A stretch of 64,000 nucleotides of DNA from Mobula hypostoma. Its lineage: Eukaryota. Of this stretch, positions 12,200 through 26,374 are shown piece after piece (the stretch's first letter is position 1; every line of letters starts with the position of its first letter). Below the pieces are notes generated by a model. It did not search any database, was not told the DNA's origin, and saw only the letters and a program-made list of their open reading frames with translations. Position numbers and translations under genes: made by a program. The DNA lies in contig NC_086097.1 in NCBI RefSeq assembly GCF_963921235.1, forward strand, positions 81,098,001 through 81,162,000, written 5' to 3'.

Positions 12200-12665
12200 T
12201 AATTTCCATAGATGCCGCCTGACCTGCTGAGTTCCTCCAGCATTTTGTGGGTCTTGCCTTGGTTTTCCAGCATCTGCGATTTTTTCTCATGTTTGCCATT
12301 TATGAAATCCTATTTCCCCGATATACCCACTCTAACATCCCACTTCACCCAGTCGTTACCAGCTATGTCTTCAATTTAGAACATAGAAAATCTGTAGCAT
12401 GCTACAGGCCCTTCGGCCCATAATGTTATGCTGACCATATAACCTACTCTAGAAGCTGCATCTGGAATTCCTTCACTAAGTCTAACTTTGCATCCTCTTT
12501 TAAAAAGCCTCTTAAACCCCACCCTCCCATCTTGTTAACCAAGCTATTAGTTACTACACCACATGATCTGTCCTGATGAAGTGTTCAGGCCTGAAAAATT
12601 GACTGTTTATTCCCATCCACAGATGCTGCCTGACCTGCTGAGCTCCTCCAGTACATTGTGTATTA
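12200..12665 (+). mobile_element. Two Penelope pseudo-LTR fragments (12200-12295; 12568-12665 with CTGATGA..GAAA) flanking a minus-strand CR1 tail (12375-12470)
   Basis: GATGC.GCCTGACCTGCTGAG.TCCTCCAG unit occurs twice; CTGTC-CTGATGA-AGTGTTCAGGCCT-GAAA at 12568-12596. Confidence 0.7.
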
Positions 12666-13966
12666 CCCACCTTCTCACTACCTTTAACTTAACATCCATA
12701 TTTTCCCCTCCATTTACACCTCTGAAGAAACTTGCAAAGGTGTCAGCAAGGCAAGCAGTGGCTTAGTTCCTGCTAGTGCTTCGCTTAAAATCAACAGTCA
12801 AACTTTGGAAGTGGACATGCAGGTGTAACCATATTCCACATGAAACTGAACAAATAACTGGGCATGGCCATAAACATTTTAGTGGAGTCAGCCTCAACAA
12901 TTAGATAGTTCAGTACAACATAGAGGGCTGAAGGGTCTGTTCTATGTTTGAAGGTTCCTGAATCTGGTGGCTAATGTTGATATTTATTTCCTGGACAATG
13001 CAACCCAATCAATAGATGTGATTGGCCAGGTTGGCTGCAAGCCTTGGTACCAATTTAAAATAATCACCTGGATTGCAGAGAATTTCGAAGGTAATTGAAA
13101 AATAAATTGTGCCTAAATTTCTCATTAATATACTACTTGAAGAGTGAAAATCTTACAGTGGCCTACAATAGATACACTGGCAATGTGGATTTTAAGAGTT
13201 CCTAAGGCTGTTATGTTCCTGAGCAGTTAATTATTTTGACATATTAGCACAATTAAAGTTTTATGAAAGCATTACTGCTATTTGTTTGCAAGGTTTAACC
13301 AGACCAATGGCTGCACAGCAATTCATTTCAATCTCCGTCTATAATGGTCATGGTTTTCTCATGGTTAGATGACCTTTCAGCACCCATTTCCTCTGAAGCA
13401 CAAAAAGGAACAGGTCATTAACTGGGAAAACATGCAGCACTCATCAGCCTTCACCAAATATCATCATGTTTTGTAGCTGATGTAACTGAACTCATAATGT
13501 GCTCTCTAAAGTTTATTGCATGCACTCAGTGACATTTCAGCAAGGCTGGTGAAAGGGCTTTAGCTTGCAGTTGTGTGCGTAATAATAAGGCAGCCAATCT
13601 ATTAGATCTAATAAGTTTCAAACAACTGCCAGTCAAGATCTCAATTACACTAATGAAGAAAGTCATACAATTACCCTTCAAAAATATCTATTGAACAGAA
13701 AATATATGACAAGGATTCTTCAGCTGGCTGTATATTGAGAAACATCAAGGACACAGGTCAAATCCCTTGAGCAGAATCCTCCTGAAAAGTTCTTCTTGCA
13801 CTGAACCTAAGGACCAACGAATCTCAATAATAACTGAAGGGGGAAGAAAAACCTACAGCTTTGTCAGCAGTTCAGTGAGGGTAATGGTGCACTGTGAATT
13901 ATTTTTAAAAATATGTGCACCCACCGCACTGTTTTTTGTTTATCAGTCTTAATAACATCCTTGCAG

Positions 13967-14083
13967 TGTTAGTGATAGTGAACTTGAACAATTCAAAGGC
14001 ACCCAGCCACTATCACCTCTACCTGCTTATGAACCAGAAGTAAACAGATTTGAAGCAGGCAGTCAACAAGCTGTGCAAGAAAG
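13967..14083 (+). CDS. Candidate internal coding exon (117 nt, phase 2-2) of an unidentified gene
   Basis: acatccttgcag|T GTT AGT...CAA GAA AG|gtaaac. Open frame VSDSELEQFKGTQPLSPLPAYEPEVNRFEAGSQQAVQE in unique DNA. Confidence 0.3.
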
Positions 14084-14529
14084 GTAAACAGTTTAAATAC
14101 AGATAGGGCTGCTTCTCCATCACAATTTATTCTGACCTCTGTAATTTACAGTGTTGCAGCAAGCTGTGCCCTGTTGAAATCCCAGCAAAGCTTTTTAGTT
14201 TTGTTGTCACAATACCAACAGATGGCTTGTTGCCCTGCTCCGAATTGTTTATTGGGCCAGGTCACAAAACAAATGCCAGATGGTCCTGTTGCATGTGTCG
14301 CTAGAAGCAGTTAAAACACCAAAGGTAGTATGCTCTCCTTTTACCCTGGTCTCTCCGTTGAGCCAGCGGGTCAATCAGTTTAGCTGAAGGCTTGGATTTA
14401 CGCTGTCTGACCCCAGAAAATTTTCTAGCAGCCATAGCTGCTGAAACCAGTATGGTTTCATTTATTTCATGAGAGGTTGCTGATTTTAATTAAAAAGGTG
14501 GGTTTAGATTTTTTAAATATACAGACAGT

Positions 14530-15620
14530 AACAGCTTCCAGGTAAGGTAGTGATTCGCTTGTATTTCTTCCAAACCTGTATGCTGCATTAGGTGTTCTCA
14601 ATATGGTCTCTTCTACAATGAAGAAGCCAAGCACAGAGTGGGCAATTGGCAATGAATAAGACTGTAGAAGCTAGAATATGAAAAAGTGAGAAATGCTGAA
14701 AGAATTCAGCCAGTCAAGCCTCTTCTCAGAAAAAAAAGCAACCAATTAACATTTCAGCCTGAGGACACCACATCAGAACTGAGAAAGGGAGAAGAAAATT
14801 AAATTGTCGAGCACCTACTCTCAGTACACAGGACTGACCCTGGGTATCCGGAGCCTGCCACTTCAATTCCCCATCCTTTTCTCACTCTGTTCTCTCTGTC
14901 TGTGATCTCATCCACTATTACAACAAGGCCCAACGTAACAGCTCAACTGTGTACACTGCAGTTTGCATTTGTTGAAAGTTGGAGAATTCATTATTGCATT
15001 CTCCAACTTTGGATAACTGTCTCTGTCAGAACTGTCCATTTTTGCCTGCCAGTTTTCCACCAATACAAAGGGGCATAACTTTAAGGTGTTTGGAGGGAAG
15101 TGTGGAAGGATGCCAGAGATTTCATACGGAGTAGTAGGTGTGTGGAATCCACTGTTATAGAGACTTTTAGATAGGCACGTGGATGAAAGGAAAATGAAGG
15201 ACTATTTGGGAAAACTAATAGGGTTGGGCACAACACTGTGTGCTGAAGTGACTGCACTGTGTTGTGCTGCTCCATGTTCTATTTTTCCCTTCCCCTTTCT
15301 TCCTCAAATGTAGATCCTGCCTTGCTGGGCATTTCTGACTCTACAACCATAGCAGCACACTGTACAAAGGAGCTTGACTACCTTTTTTTTAAATGGTCTT
15401 TTTATTTTTTCAGCCATATAAGAAAAATTCCTTTTCCTCAACTTATTGCCCTCCCCATCTTGTCTGCCACACAGACAAACTTGTTTCTGTCTTTCTCAAG
15501 TTGAATGAAGGGCCTCAAACCTGAAACATTAACTGTTTCTCCTACATTGACGATGCTTCACTGATAAAGTTTTTAAGCATTCACAGCTTTTATTGCAAAT
15601 TTAAAGCATCTACAGTATCT
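14530..15620 (+). mobile_element. Very old Penelope-like GIY-YIG/pseudo-LTR remnants with a nested CR1 3' end (15060-15285)
   Basis: Degenerate matches to 5005-5980 (CACTTCAATTCCCCATC..; TGAAGGGCCTCAAACCTGAAACATTAACTG); CR1 3' motif AGGGGCATAACTTTAAGGTG. Confidence 0.55.
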
Positions 15621-16549
15621 CTTGAATTTTGAGAAATAATGCTATTTTAAATTAATCGGCAGTGGCTTAAAGTTTTTATTTTAATTTTGTATTTTCTGTT
15701 TTACAATGTTTCTGATAAGGCTGGGACCAAGGATTGAGTCCCAGGGGAGAATGGATAGTGACTCAGAGGCAGAGCAGATGACCCACAAGAAAACAGGTTG
15801 TTTCCACTATCTGCATATCACAAGCCAAAATTAGAAGACTATTAGCTTATATGTATTAAAAAATAAAAATAGAAAGCATTAGTAACCCTCAGTTGGTCAG
15901 GCAGTATCATAGAAAGAGAAAGAGAGCGAGAAGTTTCAGGTCAAAGAACCTGGAATGAGAATAAACACATTATTCTTAAGGTCCAGAGAGAATGGAAAAG
16001 AGATGGATCTCTTTGAAAAGGTGAGGCTAGAGCTGCCAGGTTGAAAAGTGTTGACGTATTTTTTGGCTGACAGGTTAATGAAGGAAGTTAGAGAGAAAGA
16101 AAGCAAAGGAACATCGAAAGACTGAAATGCAGAGGCATTGGAAACGTCTGTGCTTGTAGAGGGAGAAAAACTGAATCAATATTACAGAAAATTGTTTTTT
16201 TGCCTATTGTCTATTGTAGTAATAATTTACAAGGAGCCAAGTCATCTTTAATTGATTTCCACTATCAATGTTTGTTACAGACACTGGATATTTGAAAATT
16301 ACATTCAACTGATATCAATGGAAGGTTGTTATTAGCAATGTCAACAGAAGCAATTTATGATTCAAGATAATAGTTTAATTTTAGTTATCTTACTGTACTA
16401 GTGATCACGATCTTGAAGTTAAAACTCCATTCCATACCATAAAAATGTAAAGAAAAATAATGAGGTAAATATGGAATGAGAAATTTAAATCAGGAATATT
16501 GATTATGAAACTAACAGCTAGTGATAAAGAAACTGATTCCCCAATGTAA

Positions 16550-17120
16550 AAACATAGAATACAGGAGTTGGAATCAACCATTTGACCTTTTGAGTCTGTT
16601 TAGCCATTCAGTTTGACCAAAGCTGATTCAGACCTCAAAAACATATTCCCACTTTTCCCCATATTCATTTATTCTTTTTGCATCCAAAAGTTACCCTATT
16701 CTTTTGAAAACAGTGAGTGACTAGGCCTCTGCAGCCCTCTGAGGTTAACCACCCAGAGTGAAGAAACATTTCCTCACAAAAGCTGTAAATCTCTTGTCTG
16801 CAACCGCTCAATCTGGACACCCCAGTCAGAAGGAACAACATGCTCATGGCTCATGATCCAGTCTATCAGAGTTTAATAAGCTTCAATATGATCACTTCTC
16901 ATTCTTCTCGGCTTCTGTGAGAACTACCTAATTTCTCCTTGCAGTCCAGTCCCGCCATCCCAGGAATCAATCAGTTGAACCTTCACTACATTCCATCTAC
17001 AACCAGGTAAGGAGACCAAAACTGCACACAATACTCCTGAGGTGGTTTCACCATGCCTTGAGTAAAGTTTCACTGACAACCTTGTTCTTGTACTCAAACA
17101 TCAAGAGGATTTGGTACCTG
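16550..17120 (-). mobile_element. Decayed CR1 LINE 3' fragment
   Basis: Colinear with the young CR1 at 54763-56206 (CCATCCCAGGAATCAATC, GACCAAAACTGCACACAATACTCC). Confidence 0.75.
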
Positions 17121-18537
17121 TGTGAGAACATCACTTGAGTACCAAATTTCCATTCGACTCCTTCACTTTATATTACAGGGAAGAAACGACATCCTTGAAA
17201 GGATTGACCTATGAATCCAGATCTATAGAAATGTGGGAAGGATTCCCTGAAAGTCAAGAAAGCCATCTTACCATTTCAACTTCAAGTTGGGGATGGACCA
17301 TGCAAAACTGACTATAGCAAGGATTCAGTAACAAGAGGCACACACAACCGAGCTGTCTGAGCAACATTATTTGTCAGGAACATCTGTGTTCTGGTGTCTA
17401 CAAATTAGTCAGCCACTTCCTGATTTATGAACATTGTCACAATACTGCCAGTTTCCATGCACACCCACCTTTGAGATAGAAACTAGTTTACAGATTTGTT
17501 GGTACATCGATGTTCAGACAGGAAAGCTGACCTGAGCATCCTCAGCAGTGATTCCATATTCCACGATGATATGAAATGAAGCATGGATTGCAATACCTCT
17601 CTGGTGCATTCTGCAAGTTGTCCCTGCTCTTCACATGCATCAGTATTGTTGAATGCCACATGAAGACTGTGCTGAGAGATGCAAAAGCACAGGATGTATA
17701 CTGGGTGGGGTATTTCCACCACTAAAGTAGGCTTGGTTACATTCAGCAAGCCATGGCTGAATGGTTATAGTGCATTAACCATTGATTTCATTAACATAAG
17801 AACCAGCCTTAAAACAATCCAAACGTAATTTACAAACAAAAATCAGTTTTGAAATTACAAGGACAGAGGCATAAGTAAATCTAGTTGTCCGTGAAGAGAA
17901 CAAACTATAGGCAGATAATGGGAGGCCACGTAGGAGACACACTTTGGAACAAATACTCTCAACAGATACGTACACAAAGATATCTGTTAAATTATGAAGC
18001 AAAGCAAATGAGACATTCTCATATACGTTGGTGAAATGTACAGATGACAGAGAGAGATTAACTGTATCACATTGAAATTACTAACGTGAAAGGGAAGTGT
18101 GATATTCATTGATACCAAGGAAATAATAGATGGAATTCTCTCCATTAGAACAGGCATCAGAAATAACAGAGACAGAACTGTGCACCACAGATAGACAGAC
18201 ATAGCAGACAGGAGACTCGATGATTCCAACCCCATACTGAGGCCAAGGTGGTTCCAGTGCCTTTTTTGTCACTTGGTAGTTGTCATATTTCATCTGTGAA
18301 TCAATGCGATTGGGGCATTTGTAGTTCTGCAGAAAACTGTGGAAAAGGAAGATATTTTGGAAATCTGAGTTTTGTCCTCACAAGCTATCAGAATATTGAT
18401 GTGAACTACCTTGCCTCAACAAAAGATGTTTGAATATTCAAAAATGCTCTTGATACAGTTTTTTTTAGTTCATTCATCTTGTCAGCTATTTTTATGATCG
18501 CAAGTCACTGCGGGATACTAAGAATGTCAAGTATTCA

Positions 18538-19392
18538 GAAGACCATATGACCATAAGACATAGGAGCAGAATTAGGCCATTCAGCCCATTGAGTCTGCTC
18601 CACCAATCCATTATGGCTGATCCCAGATCCCACTCAACCTCATACAGCTACCTTCTTGCCATTACCTTTGATGCCCTCACCAACCAGGAAACTATCAATT
18701 TGTGCTTTAAATATACGCACGGTCTTTGCCCCCACAACTGTGTGTAGCAGAGCATTGCACAAATTCACTACTCTCTACCTAAAAAAACTCCTCCTTAACT
18801 CTGTTTTAAAGGGTCACCCCTCAATTTTAGGCTATGCCCTCTAGTTCACAACACCCCCACCATAGGAAACATCCTCTTCACATCCACCTTATCTAGTCCT
18901 TTCAACATTCGGTAGGTTTCAATGAGATCTCCCCAGCAATCTTCTAACTTCCAGTGTTTACAGACCCAAAGCTGCCAAACACTCTCATGTGTTAACCTCT
19001 TCATTCCCAGAATCATCCCTGTGAACTTCCTCGGGACTCCCTCCAATGACAACACACCCGTTCTGAGATATGAGGCCCAAAACTGCTGACAATATTCCAA
19101 GTGCAGCCTGACCAGTGTCTTATAAAACCTCAGCATTACCTCCTTGTTTTTATATTCTATTCCTCTTGAAATAAATGCCAACATTGCATTTGCCTTCTTT
19201 ACCACAGACTCAGCCTATAAATTATCCTGGGAATCTTGCACAAGGACTCCCAAGTCCCTCAGCACCTCTGATGTTTGAATTTTCTCCCCAGGGATAGTCT
19301 GCACTATTGTTCCTTTCACCAAAATGCATTACCATACATTTCCTAACACTGTATCCCATCGGCCATATTTTTGTCCATTCTTCCATTTGTCT
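18538..19392 (-). mobile_element. CR1 LINE 3' fragment
   Basis: ORF 18846-19205 VKKANAMLAFISRGIEYK..YKTLVRLHLEYC.QFW; (AGACCATA)n-type tail. Confidence 0.9.
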
Positions 19393-20089
19393 AAGAAATT
19401 GGATTTAATTACCTGTTTGTTCTTGTATGAATAAAAAAATAATAAAACAACTTGATGTTTTGAGTTTGGGGAGATGCATCTACCTGGTGTCCCTGTACTT
19501 GTGCTGTTAAATCTATAGCTCTGAACTCTGAGTGGCTCTCTCAACATTACAGCAGCATTATTGAGCTGACTAAGCTGCTGTCAGTCTTGGTTTAATGTGA
19601 GCTGTGAAATACAAGGCAAAATCCTACTTGATTTTGTCCTTTAACAGTTTATTTCTCTCAGATGCTTGTCCATAACTGTGATGATACCAGCAGTCATTGG
19701 ATAAACCTTATCATAAAAAAATCAAACTCAATTTTTGTTTACAATTTTTTTTGATGAGGTTGACTTGGACTCAGAAGGCATTGTGCTTTGACTTGTCTAT
19801 CTTTTGAACAGATTAGAAGAGATTCACAAACATTGGTCATGGAGAACTAAAATGTTTCTGGTTAAAAGTTGTCATGTATGTCATTTACTTATCTGGTCAG
19901 TTGTTTCCTTCTGTCTGCTGTACTGTCCTAAATCAGTGGTTATACTGATCAAACATCTTTGTTGAGACAAGGTAGTTCACATTAATAGTCTAATAGCTTG
20001 TGAGGAGAAAACACAGATTTCCAAAATATATTTAATTTCCTTAATTTTCTGTCGAACTACAAATGCCCCAATGGTTGAATTGGCCATAT

Positions 20090-23000
20090 GGTCATAGAAC
20101 ATCTCAGCATAGAAACAACAGGCTATTCTGCCCAACAAGTCTGTGCTGACCATTAATCAGTCTAGTTCCATCGATATGCACCCAGACCATAGCCCTCCAT
20201 GTAATTACCCAGAATTTCTCTTACAAGTTGAATTCAAACCCGCATTCACTACTTTCACTGACAGCTCATCACACACTCTCAACTCACTCTGAGTGAAGAT
20301 GTTCTCCCTCATGTTCCCCTTAAACCTATGATCTCTCGCCTTTAACCTGTGATCTCTAGTTGTGGTCTCACCAAACCTCAATGGAAAAAGACTGTTTACA
20401 TTTACCCTATCAAAATTTTTTATCCCTCTATCAAATCTCCCCTCAATCTTCTGCACCCTAACCTATTCAAACTTTCCCTATAACTCAGGGCCCCATGTCC
20501 CAGCAACATCCTTTGATAGAATGCAGAGAAAATTTACATTTTTCATATAGGTAGGTGACCAAAACTGTACATACTCCAAATTAGGCCTCAACAATGTCTT
20601 AAACAATTTCAACATAACATTCAAACTCTGACACTCAATACATTGAATGAAGGCCAATGTGCCAAAAGCCTTCTTTACAAACATATTCATTTTCAAGGAA
20701 TTACGGACCTGTATTCCCAGATCCCTCTGTTTGACCATACTCCTTGGTGTCCTACCACACACTGTGTAAGAGCTGCCCAGATTTGTCCTCCCAAAGTGCA
20801 ACACCTCACACTTCTCTGCATTAAATTCCATCTGCCATTTTCATACCATTTTCTACCTGGTTCACATTCTGATGCAAGTTATGACAACCTTCCTCGCTGT
20901 CCACTGCACTCCTAATCTTGGTGTTAGATGCAAATTTGCCCATCTAGTTTACCACATTGGCCTCAAGATCATTGATACAGATGTCAAACAACAACAGTCC
21001 CAGCACTGATCCCTGCAGCACACCACAGGTCACAGTTCTACCACTCTCTGGTTTCTCCAATGAAGCCAATGTTTAATCCAATTTACTACTTCATCTTGAA
21101 TGCCTAATGACTGAACCTTCTGAACCTCCCATGTAAAACCTTGTCAAAGGCCTTGATAAATTCTATGTATATAACACCCACTGCCCTGCCTTCAAATTTC
21201 CTGTAACTTCCTTGTAAAACTCTACAAGATTGGTTAGACATGAATTACCATGCACAAAACCATACTGATTATTTCTATTCAGTCTCTGTTTATCCAAATA
21301 ATTATATATCCAGTCTCTTAGAATACCTTCCAATAACTTTCCCACTATTGATGTCAGGCTCACTGACCTATAATTTCCTGGTTTATTTTTAGAGCCTTTC
21401 TTAAACAATGGAACAACATTAGCTATCCTCCAGTCCTCTGGCACCTCACCTGTGGCTAAGGATGTTTTAAATATCTCTGCTAGGGCCCCTGCAACTCTAT
21501 ACAAGCCTCTCACAGAGTCCAAGGGAACACACTGTCAGGCGCTGGGGATTTATGCACCCCAAGTTGCCTCAAGACAGCAACCACCTTCTCCTCTATAATC
21601 TGTAAAGGTTCTGTGACCTTGCCACTACTCTGCCTCCCATCTATAGACTCTATGTTTGTCTCCTGAGTAAATATAGATGCAAAAGATCCATTTAAGATCT
21701 CCCCCATCTCTTTCGGCTCCACACATATATTACCACACTGATCTACCAGAGGACCAATTTTATCACTTACTATCCTATTGCTCTTAATACATCTGTAAAA
21801 GCCCTTAGGATTCTCCTTCACCCTGTCTGCAAGAGGAACCTCATGTCTCCTTTCAGCCTTTCTGATTTCCTTATAATCCTCAAGTACCTCATTTGTTCAT
21901 ACCTGCCTATACCTGCTATGCACCTCCCTTCTTTTGCTTAAACAGGGCCTCAATGTCTCTTAAATTATGGAACGAAGGTGCCGTAAACCTATTATCCTTG
22001 CCTTTTATTCTGACAAGAACATACTCTCAAATTTTCACTTCAGAAGGCCTCACATTAACCAAGTACGCCTTTGCCAGAGAACAATCTGTCCCAATTCACA
22101 TTCACCAGACCTTTTCTAATACCATAAAAATTGGTCTTTATCCAATTCAGAATCCCAATTCGAGAACTAGACCTATTCTTTTACATAATTATCTTGAAAA
22201 TAATGGGCATTATGATCACTGGAGGCAAAGTGTTCCCCTACATAAACTTCTAGTACCTACCCTGTGTCCTTCCATAATATGTGATCTCGTATCAAACTCA
22301 CTCTAGATGGGACTCTTGTGTACTGATTAAAGAAATAATTTTTAACTTATCTATCGAACTCTTCCCCATCCAGTCCTTTTATGCATGGATTTCCCAGTCA
22401 ATATGTGAAAAGTTAAAATTACCTTCTATCACAACCTTATCTTTCTTGCGACAGTTTGCAATCTCTCTACAAATATGCTTTTTTAAATTTATTGCTGGGT
22501 GATTTTTAATATAATCCCATTAATGAGGTCATATCTTTCTTACTCCTCAGTTCTACACATAAAGCCTCACTGGATGAGTACTTCAGTCTGTCCTGTCTGA
22601 GCATTTTCCCTGACTATTACTTCCACCCCTCCCCCTTTCAACACTCCCACTCTATCACATCTAAATCAACAGAACCCCAGAATAATGAGCAACTGGTCCT
22701 GCCCCTCCTGCAACTAAGTCTCACTTGTCTCCCTTTCTCGTCACCATTTACACCTCGGACTTCAACTACTGCACAGAGTCTTGTCATCTTCAGAAGTTTT
22801 CTGATGACTCTGCCATAGTTGGATGCATCAGCAAGGGAGATGAGGCTGAGTACAGGGCTACGGTAGGAAACTTTGTCACATGAAGTGAGCAGAATTATTT
22901 GCAGCTTAATGTGAAAAAGACTAAGGAGCTGGTGGTAGACCTGAGGAGAGCTAAGGTACCGGTTACTCCTGTTTCCATCCAGGGGGTCAGTCTGGACATG

Positions 23001-23870
23001 GTGGAGGATTACAAATACCTGGGGATACGAATTGACAATAAACTGGACTGGTCAAAGAATACTGAGGCTGTCTACAAGAAGGGTCAGAGCCGTCTCTACT
23101 TCCTGAGGAGACTGAGGTCCTTTAACATCTGCCGGACGATGCTGAGGATGTTCTACGAGTCTGTGGTGGCCAGTACTATCATGTTTGCTGTTGTGTGCTG
23201 GGGCAGCAGGCTGAGGGTAGCAGACATCAACAGAATCAACAAATTCATTCATAAGAACAGTGATGTTGTGGGGATGGAACTGGACTCTCTCACGGTGGTG
23301 TCTGAAAAGAGGATGCTGTCTAAGTTGCATGCTATCTTGGTCAATGTCTCCCATCCACTACATAATGTACTGGGTGGGCACAGGAGTACATTCAGCCAGA
23401 GACTCATTCCATCGAGATGCAACACAGAGCATTATAGGAAGTCATTCCTGCCTGTGGCCATCAAACTTTACAACTCCTCCCTTGGAGGGTTAAACATCCT
23501 GAGCCAATAGGCTGGTCCTGGACTTATTTTATAATTTACTGGCATAATTTACATATTACTATTTAACTATTTATGGTTCTATTACTACTTATTATTTATG
23601 GTGCAACTGTAACGAAAACCAATTTCCCCTGGGATCAATAAAGTATGACTATGACTAATGGGTACAATATCATCATTCCATATGCTGACCCATGCCCTAA
23701 GCTCATCCACCTTTCCTACAATACTCCTTGCATTTAAATATATGCAGCTCAGAAATTAGTCCCACTATGCTTAACCTTTTGATACCTGACTTTGTTTGTA
23801 GGCTAAACAACATCTTCCTCCACAACCACCAACTACCTGATCTGGTACTCTGGTTCCCATCCTTCTGAAA
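20090..23870 (-). mobile_element. Long decayed CR1 LINE (APE+RT), split by a Rex1/Babar insertion at 22726-23656
   Basis: VPEDWRIANVVPLFKKGSK.KPGNYRSVSLTS, KENPKGFY, MEFNAEKCEVLHFGR. The host sequence resumes at 23657. Confidence 0.9.
22726..23656 (+). mobile_element. Rex1/Babar-clade LINE, 5'-truncated, relatively young
   Basis: LQKFSDDSAIVGC; ORF 22899-23510 LNVKKTKELVVD..YKYLG..GQSRLYFLRRL; ends CAATAAAGT(ATGACT)2. Confidence 0.9.
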
Positions 23871-25104
23871 CTCTCAGTTACTCTCAATCAACTCTCAGAC
23901 GCTGATAATATATCACGACGAGGACCCAAACAAAATAACTCCAGAACAATACAAGAAAAGAACATCTGAGCACAACAGAGGATATTAGATTTAAGATGAA
24001 AGTAAAGCTTCTTCTTCCCAAAAGTGTTTCTCTCATTCATTTCAGTTCCCAAAGCACAAGTCCCTCACAGCCGGCAAACTTACTATTGGTCTGAAGCTAC
24101 TGCAGGAACACACTAGTTTTTATGCTCCTTCTGAAAGACCAACCCCGATGCAAACAGTTTGTAGTAAGTCTTTGCAGGCTGAGCAAACAGAAAATGAACG
24201 CATTCCATGGGGAGGATGTATAGACTCCTTACAGAATGGTGCCTGAATTGAACTCTCAACTCTGGAATGCCCCAAGCAGTGAATGAATCATACTAACTAC
24301 TACACCACCATGAAGTCCGTATGACACCACAAACTCAATAGTTAGATCAGGGTCATATTTTCTCAGTACCTGCCATGAAGCAAACACAATTCATTCTTGT
24401 TTTTACTCCTGTGAATAGTATCTCTAAGTCACTTCTAATATTAACAGTGGCAAAATGGTACTTCTGTACTACTAATTCCCTATAAGGCTGTAAACTTATT
24501 TATCTTGCCTGACAGTAATCTCTCAGTATGCTTGATTAGCTTAATCTTCATTAGAATTAATCCTCATTCACTCTGTTTTTACATATAATACAGTCACTTT
24601 ACAACCTCCTTAGTTGCACATTGGTTGCTTTTCTCATCTGAACCCAGTTACCATCCTCTGCATTATTCAGTACAATTAATTCACAACATAGCAGGTAATA
24701 TCTACTAAAGCACAATTAAAGGACAGTAAGTAGTTTGCAGGCGAAGATGATCTTTGAAAAACAAAGGGGAAGCCTTAGTCCTGTTAAATTGTGTAGATTT
24801 TCCTGCTATGGATCAATACAATTCTTTGCTTGGAAATCTAATGACAGTGGTTGCAAGCTGCAAACAATAGGCTTAGATTCAAGCCCAAACTGTGAGCATT
24901 TTGCCTCCATTGTTGTGCCAATTATGCTGCAGCATTCAATATGATATCTTGTCTCACAGTACTGCGAAGTTTTTCTCTGTCAACAAAATGAATGACATTC
25001 TGCAAGAACAAAAAGCATTTAGAAATGGCTGCAAAATAACAATGGTAACTTTTCAAACAATTTGCTTTAACCTTGGGCATTTTTTGAAAATAGTTATCCA
25101 TATA

Positions 25105-25562
25105 CACTCAGTAGCCACTTTATATGGTACACCTGCTCTTAATGCAAATATCTAATCAGCCAACCAGATGGCACCAACTCAATGCATAAAAGCATGCAGA
25201 CGTGATCTAGGGGTTTAGTTGTTGTTCAGACCAAACATCAGAATGGGGAAGAATTGTGATCAAAGTGACTTTGGCTGTAGAATAATCCTTTATATCAGAT
25301 GGGGTAGTTTGAGCAACTCAGAAACTGCTGATCTCCTGAGATTTCTGCACAAAACAGTCTTACAAATTTACAGAAAATGGTGTGAAAAATAAAAAAACAT
25401 ACAGTCTGCAGCAGTTCTGTGGGCAAAAACACCTTGTTAATGAGAGGGGTCCGAGGTTCATACTGACACAAAAGCAACAGTAACTCAAATAACCACGCAT
25501 TACAACAGTGGTTTGCAGAAGAACATCTCTGAATGCACAACATGTTAAACCTTGATGTGGAT
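25105..25562 (+). mobile_element. Tc1-derived non-autonomous element (left TIR plus transposase N-terminus)
   Basis: TA-CACTCAGTAGCCACTTTAT start; colinear with 32557-33095. Confidence 0.8.
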
Positions 25563-26368
25563 ATAAGTCATATAGGTCAGTGATAATAAATCTCCATTCT
25601 ATTGATAGTCCAAGATTTTAAACTTCTTTTAAACATAAAGTCAAATAAAGCAAGAGTATCAAAGCATATAGCTCCATTGTAAGGGACAGAGAATCAGAAT
25701 CAGATCTATTACCAATGTCTTACATGACATGACATTTGCTGCTGTACAGTGCAAAGACATTAAGTTACTACAATTTAGATAAATATGTTTAACTCTACTC
25801 AACTATTCACCAAGGTGTTGCAAAAAATGAAGTGCTCCAATGTCGGTATGCATAATTAATCTCTGCTTTGTGTTTTGAGGGAACTATTTCTCTGAAATGT
25901 ACCATAAATTGCTGCTTCACAGTGCGAAGACCTGTTTAAACATGGCAAACACTAGATAGAGTTAGGCATAGGCAAGTATAATTCTACATGAAATGTTTCC
26001 ACTCAGTTGGATCCTCTTCAGAATTGATGTGAATGTGTAATCACATTTTATAACCTTTGGAGATTAATTTAGTGAGTTATTTCATGCATTAGTGGATGCA
26101 CTTGATAATGAAAATTTTCACAAGATTGTGGATCTGGAGATGTAGCACATGTAATTAGTTAACTAACAGTGCAACTGTTACTTTTCCAACTCCATTCAAC
26201 CACTTCAACACTAAGCAAGTACAAGATGCATACTCAGGTGGCTTAAAAAGTAATTAACTTCTCTGCATTGTACACACACATATGCACACACTCATATGCT
26301 GTTGATAACTTTCATCAAATAACAATGGCTGACTGGTACAGAAGCAGAAATGACAAAGGCTCACTCAC

Positions 26369-26374
26369 CTTTTC
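26369..26374 (-). other. Candidate 6-nt microexon GAAAAG
   Basis: Minus strand: gtttaatttcatgctgagtcaagtcagggttctctttcctag|GAAAAG|gtgagtga. Confidence 0.3.

Noticed and set aside
14530..14550. Strong donor CCAG|gtaagg (similar sites near 17005, 49595 and 57742)
   Set aside because: All fall inside transposable element remnants.
17179..17750. Possible exon after tattacag at ~17179 and ORF 17483-17749
   Set aside because: No good donor before the stop. The region may be an ancient L1/Tx1-like remnant (VLRDA), too weak to call.
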